Origin: Candidatus Methanoperedens sp.
Lineage (GTDB): Archaea > Halobacteriota > Methanosarcinia > Methanosarcinales > Methanoperedenaceae
DNA: 32,000 nt
Reading direction: 5' to 3'
Assembly: GCA_027460535.1 (NCBI GenBank)
Contig: JAPZAR010000005.1
Coordinates: 20,969-52,968 of the forward strand
A model generated the notes under the pieces. The model made no database searches, was not told where the DNA came from, and worked only from the letters and a program-made list of their open reading frames with translations. Of the stretch, positions 1 through 10,126 are shown piece after piece. The translations under genes and the position numbers were made by a program. The stretch's first letter is position 1; each line of letters begins with the position of its first letter.

Positions 1-1
1 A

Positions 2-148
2 AACGGTAATATTGTTGCAAGCCTGGCAAATGCGAATGTAGGGGATTTGTCAACAGTACCTGCTAACGAAGCAGGGCCAAACAAGCTGGTGGTTACAGCA
101 AAATATAAAGATGGTTCATCAAGAGTTCTGTACAATCAGATTATATAA
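2..148 (+). CDS. 3' end of a hypothetical protein, possibly a pilin-like paralog of the next ORF (partial, runs off the window)
   Basis: Frame 2 is open from the window edge to TAA at 146-148. Its tail ...LVVTAKYKDGSSRVLYNQII resembles the tail of ORF 206-667 (...EITAVLGNTTTRMYSGKI). It shares that ORF's orientation and lies next to the pilus ATPase/FlaJ pair. Confidence 0.3.
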   Translation, partial: NGNIVASLANANVGDLSTVPANEAGPNKLVVTAKYKDGSSRVLYNQII

Positions 149-152
149 TCCC

Positions 153-159
153 TTTTTTT
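153..159 (+). terminator. Oligo-T tract (candidate archaeal intrinsic terminator)
   Basis: A T7 run begins 5 nt after the stop of the partial ORF. Archaeal RNA polymerase terminates at oligo-T tracts. Confidence 0.25.
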
Positions 160-205
160 ATTCCGGTCATGGAATTAAAGTGTTGTTTATTCAAGAGAAA
201 GTATT

Positions 206-667
206 GTGTCAAAAAATAGAGAAGCCGATAAAATAAATTCAAGCATTAAGAAACGCATACTTGAAAATACCCTCGGGAAGAGCAGCGAGCATTATTTCAT
301 TCATACAATAGGTGTCATCATCATAACTGCGCTCCTAATCCCGCTTGCATTTCTCGTACTCGACTGGACATCCGGTATCAGACCCTCACCTGCACAGCCA
401 GAGATATCGATCTCGGTAACAAGATCAGATCGGAACCTTGTTTCGGTCATGATATTATCCATCGGGCATAAAGAAACTGTCATAAAACACCTCTCATACA
501 ATACCTCTCAGGGTACCGGATTCATCAATAGAACCGATAGCCCTTTTGAGTTCGTGCGAGATGTTGGGGATTATGGGGTTATCCCGTTATCAGGCTATAA
601 CGAATACCTTGAGATCACAGCCGTTCTTGGCAACACAACGACCAGAATGTATAGCGGGAAAATATGA
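206..667 (+). CDS. Hypothetical membrane-anchored protein, possibly an archaeal type IV pilin-like protein
   Basis: GTG start. A charged N-terminus is followed by one hydrophobic helix (HTIGVIIITALLIPLAFLVL) and a beta-rich domain, which is the layout of archaeal pilin-like (DUF1628-type) proteins. No clean class III signal-peptide cleavage motif is visible. The gene neighbours the FlaJ/FlaI-like genes. Confidence 0.4.
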   Translation: MSKNREADKINSSIKKRILENTLGKSSEHYFIHTIGVIIITALLIPLAFLVLDWTSGIRPSPAQPEISISVTRSDRNLVSVMILSIGHKETVIKHLSYNTSQGTGFINRTDSPFEFVRDVGDYGVIPLSGYNEYLEITAVLGNTTTRMYSGKI

Positions 668-687
668 AATATTTACCTATAGCCTGT

Positions 688-2526
688 TCATGCCATGAAC
701 ATAAAAAGGACATACGCAGCAGTAATCATTATCAAACTATGTTTTAATCCCCGCCTGGCATCCCCTTCACCGATCTGCCCTGCGACAAGACCGGAAAAGA
801 ACCCTTCCAGGAGAGAGGCATGGAAAAAAAGCCTCACATACAATGGCTTATCAATGCCAGAAAAGGCTATGCCTTCTACCGTTTCCCCCACTGAATCGGC
901 TGAAGATGCCTGCATCTGCGGAAGAAAACCGGTTACCAGCGACCAGATCACATATAGAAAAACAAAAAATGAGATATAAAGTATAACTATCTGCATCCTG
1001 GTCTCTCTTTTTCTGTCCTCTTCCAGCGACTTTGCGATCTGTGCATCGGTTGAGGCTATCATAAGTGTGTCTTTTATGTTTCCGGTCATCCTGCTGGCAT
1101 TTTCTATAAGGACGACGACCCTTTGCACCGTGACCGTGCTTACACGTTTTCCAAAATTCCGGAAGGCTTCAACTATACTGCCGTTCAACTCAATATCTGT
1201 GTTCAATTTATTTATTTCGGAATTCAAGATTCCAAGATTTGAGGACATAAGGCGTTTCAGGGATGCAGAAATGGTCAGGCCAGATTCATGAAGGTGGGAA
1301 AGCCTGCTCAGGAATTCGGGGAAATTCTCTGATATCCGCTCAATCCTCCTGAAATGCGCTTCCACGAACAGCGCGTAAGGAACCAAAACAATAAGCGTTG
1401 TAAAAACGAGATAGTCATCGATCTTAGAAATAAGTTGGTCATACTCGAGGCCGTAGTAATTATAGGTTGAAAGAATAAAGAACATCAAACCAACTGGAAT
1501 TGAGAGGGATAGTATTCTTTCCGGAACCTCTGTCAGTTTTTTTAAGGGGTTCTTGAGAAAATCGTAGATCTGCATTCGCATATTTGCTTTCTGGACGAGG
1601 GGATTTTTGCTGTCTTCTTTTGAATCCTCCTCAATTTTAATGCTGGAATTTGAACCTGTTCCCTCGGCCAGGGAAGAAATAAAAAGGATGAAGAGCAGAG
1701 ATCCGCCAGGAATTAAAAGATAGACGATACTCAGAAGAAGGAGGAATTTTGCACCGCCTATAAGGCCCAGGACTACAAGGAGGACAATTATAAAAAGCGG
1801 GCCTGCAGCAAGACCGGTGACGTATATCTCAGAGAAAAGGCTCAGTGTCTCCATGAACGCTTTATTCTCATTCAACGCTTTCAGCCTGTACTGCTCGGAT
1901 TTAGCAAGAAAAAATGCAACCAGGTTCCCGCCGCTCGTGATCAATGTTGCAAGGCTCTCAAGAAAATTCTTAAAGCTTTCAGAGGGTGAATTGGATGCCG
2001 AGTTTTTCAATGAGGACTTGATGTCAAGGTTCAGGATCCTGGTATCTACCAGCAAACCCGCGGCTTCACGTGAAATCTCTCCATAGATATCTTTGTTCTT
2101 TACAATTATTTCAAAAAAACTGATGATGTCGCTGTTCCCACGGCTCAGTGCATGCATCAGGGCAATTGTGTGAGGCATTACGATATCTATCTTTCGGCCC
2201 CGGATCTTTGCCTGAAAGGATGGATAGAATAACACCGCGTTATAAACGGTGAAGCCAAAAATGAGTGCCAATAAAGGTATAATCAAAAATGAGATATTCC
2301 CGAGTATCGGCGTTAATCCGTCCTGGATAAGAACATACACGAATACCCCAAGCGGCAGCGATAAAAATACAGAAAGGAAATAAGCTCTTGAAATATACAC
2401 CGCGAAAGGCACGCCAATGCGGGCCTGGGCATATTTATTAGCGAGCTCGGGATTATCTTCTGCTTTTGCCGATCCACGCCGCCCGAATAAAGTGTATGAA
2501 ATGCGGTCAATGACATTAGAGCTCAT
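688..2526 (-). CDS. FlaJ/TadC-like polytopic membrane platform protein of an archaeal type IV pilus-like system (T2SS-F family)
   Basis: 612-aa ORF with many TM segments split into two halves by soluble helical regions, typical of FlaJ/TadC. Its start overlaps the stop of the upstream secretion ATPase by 4 nt (2523-2526). Confidence 0.75.
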   Translation of the reverse strand: MSSNVIDRISYTLFGRRGSAKAEDNPELANKYAQARIGVPFAVYISRAYFLSVFLSLPLGVFVYVLIQDGLTPILGNISFLIIPLLALIFGFTVYNAVLFYPSFQAKIRGRKIDIVMPHTIALMHALSRGNSDIISFFEIIVKNKDIYGEISREAAGLLVDTRILNLDIKSSLKNSASNSPSESFKNFLESLATLITSGGNLVAFFLAKSEQYRLKALNENKAFMETLSLFSEIYVTGLAAGPLFIIVLLVVLGLIGGAKFLLLLSIVYLLIPGGSLLFILFISSLAEGTGSNSSIKIEEDSKEDSKNPLVQKANMRMQIYDFLKNPLKKLTEVPERILSLSIPVGLMFFILSTYNYYGLEYDQLISKIDDYLVFTTLIVLVPYALFVEAHFRRIERISENFPEFLSRLSHLHESGLTISASLKRLMSSNLGILNSEINKLNTDIELNGSIVEAFRNFGKRVSTVTVQRVVVLIENASRMTGNIKDTLMIASTDAQIAKSLEEDRKRETRMQIVILYISFFVFLYVIWSLVTGFLPQMQASSADSVGETVEGIAFSGIDKPLYVRLFFHASLLEGFFSGLVAGQIGEGDARRGLKHSLIMITAAYVLFMFMA

Positions 2527-5108
2527 TTAATCTCACTCAGGAGAGTTTTCCCCCCGGAAATCAGACTCATAACATTTTCCGGGTCGGAGCTATACATCCA
2601 TATTATTTGGGAAACATCCCGGTAATCGCTTATGTCATTATCTATCATATACTGCAGGACTGCCTCTCGGTTCCTTAGTTCCGTGTCCATCCTTTCCCTG
2701 CTCCACCCCCTGCTGTACATTATGTCATCAAGTATTTTCGAGGAACCTGCACTTTCAATCGTATCATGCAAGGGATTCCATGTATACAGATCCCTGATGC
2801 TGATGTTGCCGCTTGTCGTATCTATACCTACGAATTCACAGAGGGTCTCCAATCTCCTTACTCTTCTTCCACCCACATATTTCAGCACCTGTACGACCAT
2901 TATATCGAGGGAGCTCAGCATCATCAGGGGAATGTTCAAAGGCTCGTTAAGCAGCCTGTTGACTGCGGATTGTATGCTGTCTGCATGCATTGTGGAGAAT
3001 GTGGTGTGCCCTGTGTTCATAGCCTGGAACAACGCATAAGCTTCCTTACCCCTGACCTCTCCCACAACCAGGTACTCAGGGCGCTGCCTCAATGCGGAGC
3101 GAAGAAGTTCGAACATGTCAATCGGTGCAGCTTCCTGTCCCAGGAAGGTCTCCCTGACCACCCCGGGTATCCAGTTCTTGTGGAACAGGGTTATTTCTCT
3201 TGTATCCTCGATGGTAATTACCTTCGATTCTGAGGGTATAAAAAGAGATACTGCGTTCAGGGTCGTAGTCTTGCCGGACGCCGTTGCCCCCACAAATATT
3301 GCGCTCTTGTTGTTCTCAACCGCGAGCCACAGATATGCCAAAGTTTCCTTATTGAAAGTTCCGTATTTTATGAGATCGGGGGGAGTGAAAGGCGCTTCCC
3401 TGAATTTTCTTATTGTGATAGTACCGCCCTGCGTGGTTACTTCACGTCCCAGGGTGGCCTCAAGACGCGAACCGTCCGGAAGCCTTGCGTTCAGCATTGG
3501 ATACCCGGAAGAAATGGATTTGCCGCATATCTGGGCGAGTTTCATTATTGTCTCATTGAGCTCTTCCTCCTCGAAGGCGATGTTCGTCTCTATATTCGCG
3601 TATTTCCTGTGGTAGAGGTATACAGGCAAATCCGCTCCCACACAGGAGATATCCTCGATCATCGGGTCTTTTAAAAGGACATCAAGCTTATCATATCCCA
3701 CATATGTTCTCTTTATGAAATACCAAATTTTCTGCAGGGATTTCATATCAAGATTGATCCCGTATATTTCCAATATTTTCGCAAAGTTGTTGTAGAGTAT
3801 GATATCCTTGTTCAATTTGCCAAAATCAATCTCACAATCAAGGAGAATGGCCCTGAGGTCCTTGCTCACCCTTCCCAGGAGTTCCTCTTCAAAGGGATCA
3901 AGGACCGGCTCTGAAACGTGATATATATTCCTGCGTGTTTCCCTGTTATTGAGTATAGTAATGAGAACATAAGGTTTTAATATCCATGTCTGCTCGACCA
4001 TCTCAAAATCTTTTGGCGGGATAAAACTGACGATATCGCCGTATTTGCCTGAGTCGTATTCAGGGATTTCCCTGATTTCTTCGCCTTTGAGCCCGCTCTG
4101 TATCAATTCGCAAAAAGCCTTTATCGATCTTACGATCTTTCCACTGCTCATTGCATGTGATTTCCTGGTCTTTTTCGAGCTCTTCTTTAAATTCCCGGAA
4201 TCCTGGATATTTTCTGGTAGATTCTCAATGATATCGGATTGGTTCTCTGTGAAATCCGTCGTTTTGTACCTCACAATATTATCGAGCTGGTTTTCTATGT
4301 CCCGGGGCAATGCGATATCCAGGGTTTTATTCTCTATAATTTCCACAGGTTTATGTTCAAAGAATTCTCTGGTTTTATTTTCTGCGATATCCCCGAATCC
4401 ATCCTCAGCAAGATCCTCGAATTTGCTATCCTGATTATCCTCTAATCTGTCCTCAACTCCATCTTCGAGTCTGTTATCCCGGACATCTTCGAATCCCATC
4501 TCGGCAAGATCCTCGAGCTTGTTATCCTGTCCATCCTTGAATTCCTCTTCAGTGAGATCTTCGAGCTTGTTATCCTGCCCGTCCTTGAATTCCTCTTCAG
4601 TGAGATCTTCGAGCTTGTTATCCTGCCCGTCCTTGAATTCCTCTTCAGTGAGATTCTCGAGCTTGTTATCCTGCCCATCCTTGAATTCCTCTTCAGTGAG
4701 ATCTTCGAGCTCGTTATCCTGCCCGTCCTTGAATTCCTCTTCAGTGAGATCTTCGAGCTTGTTATCCTGCCCATCCTTGAATTCGTTAACCGCGAGATCT
4801 TGAAGTCTATTACTGAGTTCATACTCGAATCTGGTCCCGGAAGGATTTTTATGATTGAATTCCTTTTTTTTCCGGAGCCTGTTTTTCGTGATGTTCTGGA
4901 GTTTAATTTTCTTTATATCTTCTAATTCAAGCTCTGATGCGTCTTTAGGCTCAGGTTTCTTGATCTCTTTGGGTAATATGTAACTGAAAATATCACTTTC
5001 AATTTTCGAAGAGTTCTTGTTTTTGCCTTTTGTAGTCCGTCTGGCTTTATTTTTCGTTGTGTTTTTGGACTGGTTTTTCGTAACAGGTTTGGACTTTTTT
5101 TTGTCCAT
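2523..5108 (-). CDS. FlaI/TadA/VirB11-family type IV pilus assembly ATPase with a long repeat-containing disordered N-terminal extension
   Basis: The C-terminal ~480 aa carry Walker A (GATASGKTT), VITIEDTRE, GEVRG and a His-box (GHTTFSTMHA). The start is ambiguous. ATG at 5108 (MDKKKSK...) is preferred because a TTTAAAAATA TATA-like box lies at 5144-5153 on the minus strand. The longest ORF extends to 5183. Confidence 0.85.
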   Translation of the reverse strand: MDKKKSKPVTKNQSKNTTKNKARRTTKGKNKNSSKIESDIFSYILPKEIKKPEPKDASELELEDIKKIKLQNITKNRLRKKKEFNHKNPSGTRFEYELSNRLQDLAVNEFKDGQDNKLEDLTEEEFKDGQDNELEDLTEEEFKDGQDNKLENLTEEEFKDGQDNKLEDLTEEEFKDGQDNKLEDLTEEEFKDGQDNKLEDLAEMGFEDVRDNRLEDGVEDRLEDNQDSKFEDLAEDGFGDIAENKTREFFEHKPVEIIENKTLDIALPRDIENQLDNIVRYKTTDFTENQSDIIENLPENIQDSGNLKKSSKKTRKSHAMSSGKIVRSIKAFCELIQSGLKGEEIREIPEYDSGKYGDIVSFIPPKDFEMVEQTWILKPYVLITILNNRETRRNIYHVSEPVLDPFEEELLGRVSKDLRAILLDCEIDFGKLNKDIILYNNFAKILEIYGINLDMKSLQKIWYFIKRTYVGYDKLDVLLKDPMIEDISCVGADLPVYLYHRKYANIETNIAFEEEELNETIMKLAQICGKSISSGYPMLNARLPDGSRLEATLGREVTTQGGTITIRKFREAPFTPPDLIKYGTFNKETLAYLWLAVENNKSAIFVGATASGKTTTLNAVSLFIPSESKVITIEDTREITLFHKNWIPGVVRETFLGQEAAPIDMFELLRSALRQRPEYLVVGEVRGKEAYALFQAMNTGHTTFSTMHADSIQSAVNRLLNEPLNIPLMMLSSLDIMVVQVLKYVGGRRVRRLETLCEFVGIDTTSGNISIRDLYTWNPLHDTIESAGSSKILDDIMYSRGWSRERMDTELRNREAVLQYMIDNDISDYRDVSQIIWMYSSDPENVMSLISGGKTLLSEIK
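4508..4795. repeat. Six tandem copies of a 48-bp unit inside the ATPase gene, encoding LEDLTEEEFKDGQDNK
   Basis: Read directly: gatcttcgagcttgttatcctgcccgtccttgaattcctcttcagtga repeats head to tail with a few SNPs. Degenerate copies flank it at about 4437-4507. The period is a multiple of 3 and in frame with the minus-strand CDS. Confidence 0.95.
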
Positions 5109-5325
5109 TCCTATATTACGAACCCTCGAATCGATCATCATTCTATTTTTAAACATCAAACTATATATGATTATGCTAATCATAATGTAATAAACATCGG
5201 GCCTGTGACAGAAAAGTATAGAATTATCAAAAAGTTATACTGTATAAAGAAGCTCACTACTTCGTTATTTGACGATAGCCGCTTCGTTAGTTTTATATGC
5301 TCCAACATCGTTACCCAGCATTAAC

Positions 5326-6126
5326 ATGACCGAAAATGCAGCTATTGCTTCTTCGTCGTCTGATGCTCTTTCTTCCGGTATCTCTCCCGCCATCAATGGC
5401 GGTTATCAGAGTATCAGGAACAGGCTTGCGGAAAAGATGGCTGGAGAAATAACGCTCTCAGATAACCCCGGCGAGACATTGAAAAAATGGCGCTCCGTTT
5501 TTGAGATTTCCCAATCCGACCTTGCGGCGTTCCTTAAAGTCTCACCCTCAGTTATCAGCGACTATGAAAGCGGCAGGAGGAAATCCCCAGGGATTTTCAT
5601 TGTCAGCAAGATAGTTGATGCAATCCTGGATATGGATACGGCAAAAGGCGGATCGAAGATCCGTTCATACGAAGGCATTCTCCAGGGTGGTTTTAATCAG
5701 GAAGCAATTTATGATATCCACGAGTATCTTTCGCCCATCTCGGTGGAGGAATTGACCAAACTTATCAAAGGAGAAATTGTATACGCTCCAGGCAGCGAAT
5801 TCATAAAACCGTTATACGGCTACACGATAATTGACAGCTTGAAGGCGATTCTCACGCTTTCTTACAACGAATTCCAGAAATTGTACGGGTGGAGTTCTGA
5901 AAGAGCGATGGTATTCACTAATGTTTCAACAGGGAGGTCGCCGATGGTCGCACTGAGGGTGACTAACCTGAAACCCGCCCTTGTTGTGATACACGGGCTT
6001 CCGGCATCACAGGTTGATCCGATAGCAGCCAAGATCGCTGAAATAGAACGAGTACCGCTGATAAGCTCAGTCATGCCAATAAGCGATCTGATCCGTGCGC
6101 TTCAATCGCACGATATAAAACACTGA
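5326..6126 (+). CDS. Archaeal HTH (XRE/HTH_3-like) domain protein with a C-terminal uncharacterised domain (COG1395-type putative transcriptional regulator)
   Basis: TLKKWRSVFEISQSDLAAFLKVSPSVISDYESGRRKSPG is a classic HTH_3 segment, followed by a ~170-aa conserved-looking domain. ATG at 5326 is preferred over TTG at 5269. A TTTTATATG TATA-like box at 5291-5299 would give a near-leaderless mRNA. Confidence 0.65.
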   Translation: MTENAAIASSSSDALSSGISPAINGGYQSIRNRLAEKMAGEITLSDNPGETLKKWRSVFEISQSDLAAFLKVSPSVISDYESGRRKSPGIFIVSKIVDAILDMDTAKGGSKIRSYEGILQGGFNQEAIYDIHEYLSPISVEELTKLIKGEIVYAPGSEFIKPLYGYTIIDSLKAILTLSYNEFQKLYGWSSERAMVFTNVSTGRSPMVALRVTNLKPALVVIHGLPASQVDPIAAKIAEIERVPLISSVMPISDLIRALQSHDIKH

Positions 6127-6167
6127 ATATTAATAATATATAAAATTGAAAAGACTGAGGTAAAAAA

Positions 6168-7208
6168 ATGAATGTAGGGATAGTTTCATATGGAGCTTAC
6201 ATACCACGCTACAGGATAAAGATCGAGGAGATAGCCAAGGTATGGGGCGATAATGCAAGCAGTATAATTGAAGGGCTTATGGTTTATGAAAAATCAGTGC
6301 CCGACATGGACGAGGATACGATCACGATAGCCGTAGAGGCTGCCCGTAATGCTGTAAACAGGGCAAACGTGGATCCCGAAAGGATAGAGGCGGTATATAC
6401 AGGCTCGGAAAGCCATCCTTATGCCGTAAAACCCACAAGCACTGTTGTGGCAGAGGCTATCGGTGCCACCCCAAATTTGACCGCTGCAGATTTTGAGTTT
6501 GCCTGCAAGGCAGGTACGGCGGCGATGCAGGCATGTATCGGAATGGCCGAATCGGGCATGATCGATCTCGGGCTGGCCATAGGTTCAGACGTGTCACAGG
6601 GAGCTCCAGGCGATGCTCTTGAGTTCACTGCTGCCGCTGGCGGTGTAGCATTCATCATTGGAAAAAAGGACATAATAGCGAAGATAGAATCAACGTATTC
6701 ATACACCACGGACACGCCTGACTTCTGGAGAAGGGAAGGTATGCCATATCCGGAGCACGGCGGGAGATTTACCGGGGAACCCGGGTATTTCAAGCATGTC
6801 ACATCAGCGGCCACCGGTCTTATGGAAAAACTTGGCTCAAAGCCTTCAGATTACAATTATGCCATATTCCATCAGCCCAATGGAAAGTTCCCTGCAAAAG
6901 TTGCCAAAATGCTTGGTTTCTCAGGAGAGCAGATCAAACCCGGCCTGGTGGTATCCCGTCTTGGGAACACATACTCTGGTTCCTGCATGATGGGACTCGC
7001 GGCTACCCTTGACATTGCTAAACCCGGGGACAGGATATTTGTTACCGCCTTTGGCTCGGGCGCAGGAAGCGACGCGTTCAGCATGACAGTCACGGATAAA
7101 ATCGATGAGGTTCGAAATGGGGCGCCCAGTGTTGAAGAACTCCTGGCTAACCCTGTGTACATAAATTATGCTACATACGCGAAACATAAAGGCAAGATCA
7201 AATTATAA
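6168..7208 (+). CDS. Hydroxymethylglutaryl-CoA synthase (archaeal type)
   Basis: The N-terminus [17 protein letters not shown] and the catalytic-Cys context [12 protein letters not shown] are typical of archaeal HMGCS, at 346 aa. A GAGGT Shine-Dalgarno-like element lies 8 nt upstream. The thiolase and DUF35 genes follow. Confidence 0.9.
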   Translation: MNVGIVSYGAYIPRYRIKIEEIAKVWGDNASSIIEGLMVYEKSVPDMDEDTITIAVEAARNAVNRANVDPERIEAVYTGSESHPYAVKPTSTVVAEAIGATPNLTAADFEFACKAGTAAMQACIGMAESGMIDLGLAIGSDVSQGAPGDALEFTAAAGGVAFIIGKKDIIAKIESTYSYTTDTPDFWRREGMPYPEHGGRFTGEPGYFKHVTSAATGLMEKLGSKPSDYNYAIFHQPNGKFPAKVAKMLGFSGEQIKPGLVVSRLGNTYSGSCMMGLAATLDIAKPGDRIFVTAFGSGAGSDAFSMTVTDKIDEVRNGAPSVEELLANPVYINYATYAKHKGKIKL

Positions 7209-7220
7209 GGAGATGATTTC

Positions 7221-8390
7221 ATGAGGGACGTAGCAATTATCGGAGTGGGATGCACTGAATTCGGCGAGTTATGGGAAAAATCTTTCAGGGAAATTTTTGT
7301 GGAGGCTGGAATAAGTGCGATAGAGGATGCAAATATCCAGGGCGGGAAGATCGAGGCGCTCTATGTGGGGAATATGAGCGGAGGCCGATTTATCGAGCAG
7401 GAGCACCTTGGTGCTCTGATCGCTGATTACTCAGGTCTTGCAAGCCTCCACATACCTTCGACGCGCGTGGAGGCGGCGTGTGCCTCTGGAGGACTGGCGC
7501 TGCGGCAGGGGATCATTGCCGTAGCATCGGGCTATCATGATATAGTCATAGCAGGCGGGGCCGAAAAAATGACCGATGTGGATGTCGTAACCACCACAGA
7601 TGCGCTGGCAGCGGCAGCTGACAGGGAATGGGAGGGCGTGATGGGCGCGACTTTTCCAGGGCTTTATGCGATGATCGCCAAACTTCACATGCATAAATAC
7701 GGGACAACCAAAGAGCAACTTGCACAGGTTGCGGTCAAGAACCACCACAACGGAACAATGAATCCGAAAGCCCAGTTCCAGAACGAGATCACTGTTGACA
7801 CTGTGCTGAACTCGGTCATGGTGGCTGACCCTCTTCATGTCTTTGACTGCTCGCCTATCACGGATGGCGCCTCTGCCGTGGTCATTGCGCCTGCAGATAT
7901 CGCCAAGAAGTATACAGATACGCCTGTGTACGTGAAAGCGTCGGCTCAGGCAAGCGGCACGCTGTCGCTTCACGACAGACCTGATATAACAACGATCGAT
8001 GCCACCACGGCTGCAGCTAACAGGGCATATAAGATGGCAAAGATCACGTCAAAAGATATCGATTTTGCAGAAGTGCATGATTGTTTCACAATAGCAGAAA
8101 TATGCGCGATCGAAGACCTCGGTTTCGTGAAAAAAGGAGAGGGCGGAAAAGCTACTGAAGAAGGCATGACCGCCATCGGAGGCAAGATACCGATAAACCC
8201 ATCCGGCGGGCTGAAAGCATGCGGCCATCCAGTTGGAGCGACAGGAGTTAAGCAGGCTGTAGAAATCACATTGCAGCTGCGTGGTGATGCCGGTAAAAGG
8301 CAGATAGACGGCGCGGAAATAGGCCTTACGCATAACGTGGGTGGTTCAGGCGGTACTGCCGTTGTTCATATATTCGGAAGGGAGAGGTAA
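7221..8390 (+). CDS. Acetyl-CoA C-acetyltransferase (thiolase), archaeal type
   Basis: Shows the catalytic Cys motif VEAACASGG and the C-terminal thiolase motifs GHPVGATG and NVGGSGGT. The 389-aa gene sits 12 nt after HMGCS. Confidence 0.9.
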   Translation: MRDVAIIGVGCTEFGELWEKSFREIFVEAGISAIEDANIQGGKIEALYVGNMSGGRFIEQEHLGALIADYSGLASLHIPSTRVEAACASGGLALRQGIIAVASGYHDIVIAGGAEKMTDVDVVTTTDALAAAADREWEGVMGATFPGLYAMIAKLHMHKYGTTKEQLAQVAVKNHHNGTMNPKAQFQNEITVDTVLNSVMVADPLHVFDCSPITDGASAVVIAPADIAKKYTDTPVYVKASAQASGTLSLHDRPDITTIDATTAAANRAYKMAKITSKDIDFAEVHDCFTIAEICAIEDLGFVKKGEGGKATEEGMTAIGGKIPINPSGGLKACGHPVGATGVKQAVEITLQLRGDAGKRQIDGAEIGLTHNVGGSGGTAVVHIFGRER

Positions 8391-8392
8391 CA

Positions 8393-8803
8393 ATGTCGGT
8401 TCCAAGATTCTGGAGAAGGCTTAAAAACCTGTATAATCTCATAGGCACAAGATGCCAAAAATGCGGTGTGCCCTACTATCCACCCAGGAACATGTGCCCG
8501 AAATGCAGGAGGACCGGGAAAATCGTTCCTCACAAGTTCAGGGGCCTGGGAGAAGTGGTGACATATACCATAGTGCACAGCTCTACCAAGGATTTTGAAA
8601 AACATACCCCATACATTCTGGCAATCATCAAACTCGAGGAAGGTCCCCAACTTACTTCACAGGTGATATGTGATCATAACGATATCCATATCGGGATGAA
8701 GGTAAAATCGGTGTTCAGAAGACTCGGGGAAGAGAGCGAGAAGGGTATGATTTATTACGGCACGAAATTCGTTCCTCTGGCAAATCCGTCAAATAAGATT
8801 TGA
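8393..8803 (+). CDS. DUF35 Zn-ribbon/OB-fold protein (scaffold subunit of the archaeal thiolase/HMGCS complex)
   Basis: Four-Cys zinc ribbon (CQKCGVPYYPPRNMCPKC) followed by an OB-fold-like region. It starts 2 nt after the thiolase stop, the canonical third gene of the trio. Confidence 0.85.
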   Translation: MSVPRFWRRLKNLYNLIGTRCQKCGVPYYPPRNMCPKCRRTGKIVPHKFRGLGEVVTYTIVHSSTKDFEKHTPYILAIIKLEEGPQLTSQVICDHNDIHIGMKVKSVFRRLGEESEKGMIYYGTKFVPLANPSNKI

Positions 8804-9169
8804 CAAATCTCGGATTCATGAAACCTGTCAAATAAGGATTTATTCTCTCTGGATCCATTAAGAGATGAATGTAACATGAAGTTACATCTATTGGGCATGA
8901 GGGTTTCTATCTTTCATTGTTTTTTCTGCATTCAATTAATCATGGAGAGCACGAAATAACATAATTTCAGATGAATACTTTCGCTCCGCTTGCCAATTAT
9001 TTAAGTGCCGTTATAAACTATCATTAAATTCAATAATGGAAAGCAAAGGTATGAAAATGGATAATAACTTGATAAGAATGAAAAAAAATCATACTTCCAA
9101 GGAAAATCTATATTCATCTATAGTGACGATATAAGCTAGCGAATAAGACGAGGGTAGCAGAAGGCAATT

Positions 9170-10126
9170 ATGAAATTGATAGAGGATGAATTTCAAACAT
9201 ATCATAAAGTTATTTTAGGTGATACGTTACAGAATTTAAAGAAATTTGAAGATGATAAATTTGACTTAATTATAACATCTCCTCCATATAATGTTGGAAA
9301 AGAATATGAAGTAAAAAAATCTATCGAAAAATATTTAGAAGAACAAGATGAAGTAATTGAAGAATTAATTAGACTAACTTCGCCTAAAGGTAGCATTTGC
9401 TGGCAAATAGGTAATTATGTAAATAAAGGAGAAGTTTTTCCTTTAGATATTTTCTATTATCAAATTTTTAAAAAACATGGATTAAAACTGAGAAATAGAA
9501 TTATTTGGCATTTTGGTCATGGATTACATGCATCGAATAGATTTTCAGGACGCTATGAAACAATTTTATGGTTTACGAAATCTGATGATTATAGTTTTAA
9601 TTTAGATAATGTGAGAATCCCTGCCAAGTATCCTGGAAAAAGATATTTTAAGGGACCTAAAAAGGGGCAAATATCAGGAAACCCCAAAGGCAAAAATCCA
9701 TCCGATATATGGGAAATAGTAATTGAAGATTGGGAAAATGAACTATGGAATATTCCAAATGTAAAATCAAATCATCCTGAAAAGACAGATCATCCTTGTC
9801 AATATCCTGTTGAACTTGTTGAAAGATGTATTTTGGCTCTTACCAATGAAAAGGAGAGTTGGGTTTTAGATCCATACGCGGGTGTAGGTTCTACTTTAAT
9901 AGCTGCAATAAAAAATAAGAGAAATGTAATAGGTATTGAAAAAGAAGAAAAATATGTAAATATCGCCAAAGAAAGAATAAATAAATTATTAAATGGAACC
10001 TTGAAAGTCAGACCCATTAATAAACCGATACATACTCCATCACCAAAAGATAAAGTAGCACAAATTCCTTTAGAATGGTTACATGGTAATATAAATGAAA
10101 ATAGCTCAGAAGTATTCACATCTTAA
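9170..10126 (+). CDS. Type II DNA methyltransferase, beta-class amino-MTase (probably N4-cytosine)
   Basis: Motif IV is DLIITSPPYNVG near the N-terminus and motif I is DPYAGVGSTLIAA near the C-terminus, which is the beta permutation. SPPY rather than DPPY is typical of m4C enzymes. The gene is very AT-rich. Confidence 0.88.
   Translation: MKLIEDEFQTYHKVILGDTLQNLKKFEDDKFDLIITSPPYNVGKEYEVKKSIEKYLEEQDEVIEELIRLTSPKGSICWQIGNYVNKGEVFPLDIFYYQIFKKHGLKLRNRIIWHFGHGLHASNRFSGRYETILWFTKSDDYSFNLDNVRIPAKYPGKRYFKGPKKGQISGNPKGKNPSDIWEIVIEDWENELWNIPNVKSNHPEKTDHPCQYPVELVERCILALTNEKESWVLDPYAGVGSTLIAAIKNKRNVIGIEKEEKYVNIAKERINKLLNGTLKVRPINKPIHTPSPKDKVAQIPLEWLHGNINENSSEVFTS

Noticed and set aside
4442..4822. ORFs in several frames across the 48-bp repeat (126-aa minus strand, 94-aa plus strand), and the possibility of a CRISPR array
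   Set aside because: The repeats are directly adjacent with no spacers, and the period is 48 = 16 codons, in frame with the ATPase gene. The alternative-frame ORFs are a by-product of the periodicity.
9051..9134. 27-codon ORF upstream of the methyltransferase as a possible controller (C) protein
   Set aside because: It is far too short for an HTH C-protein (about 80 aa) and has no HTH-like sequence. It is probably a chance ORF in AT-rich DNA.
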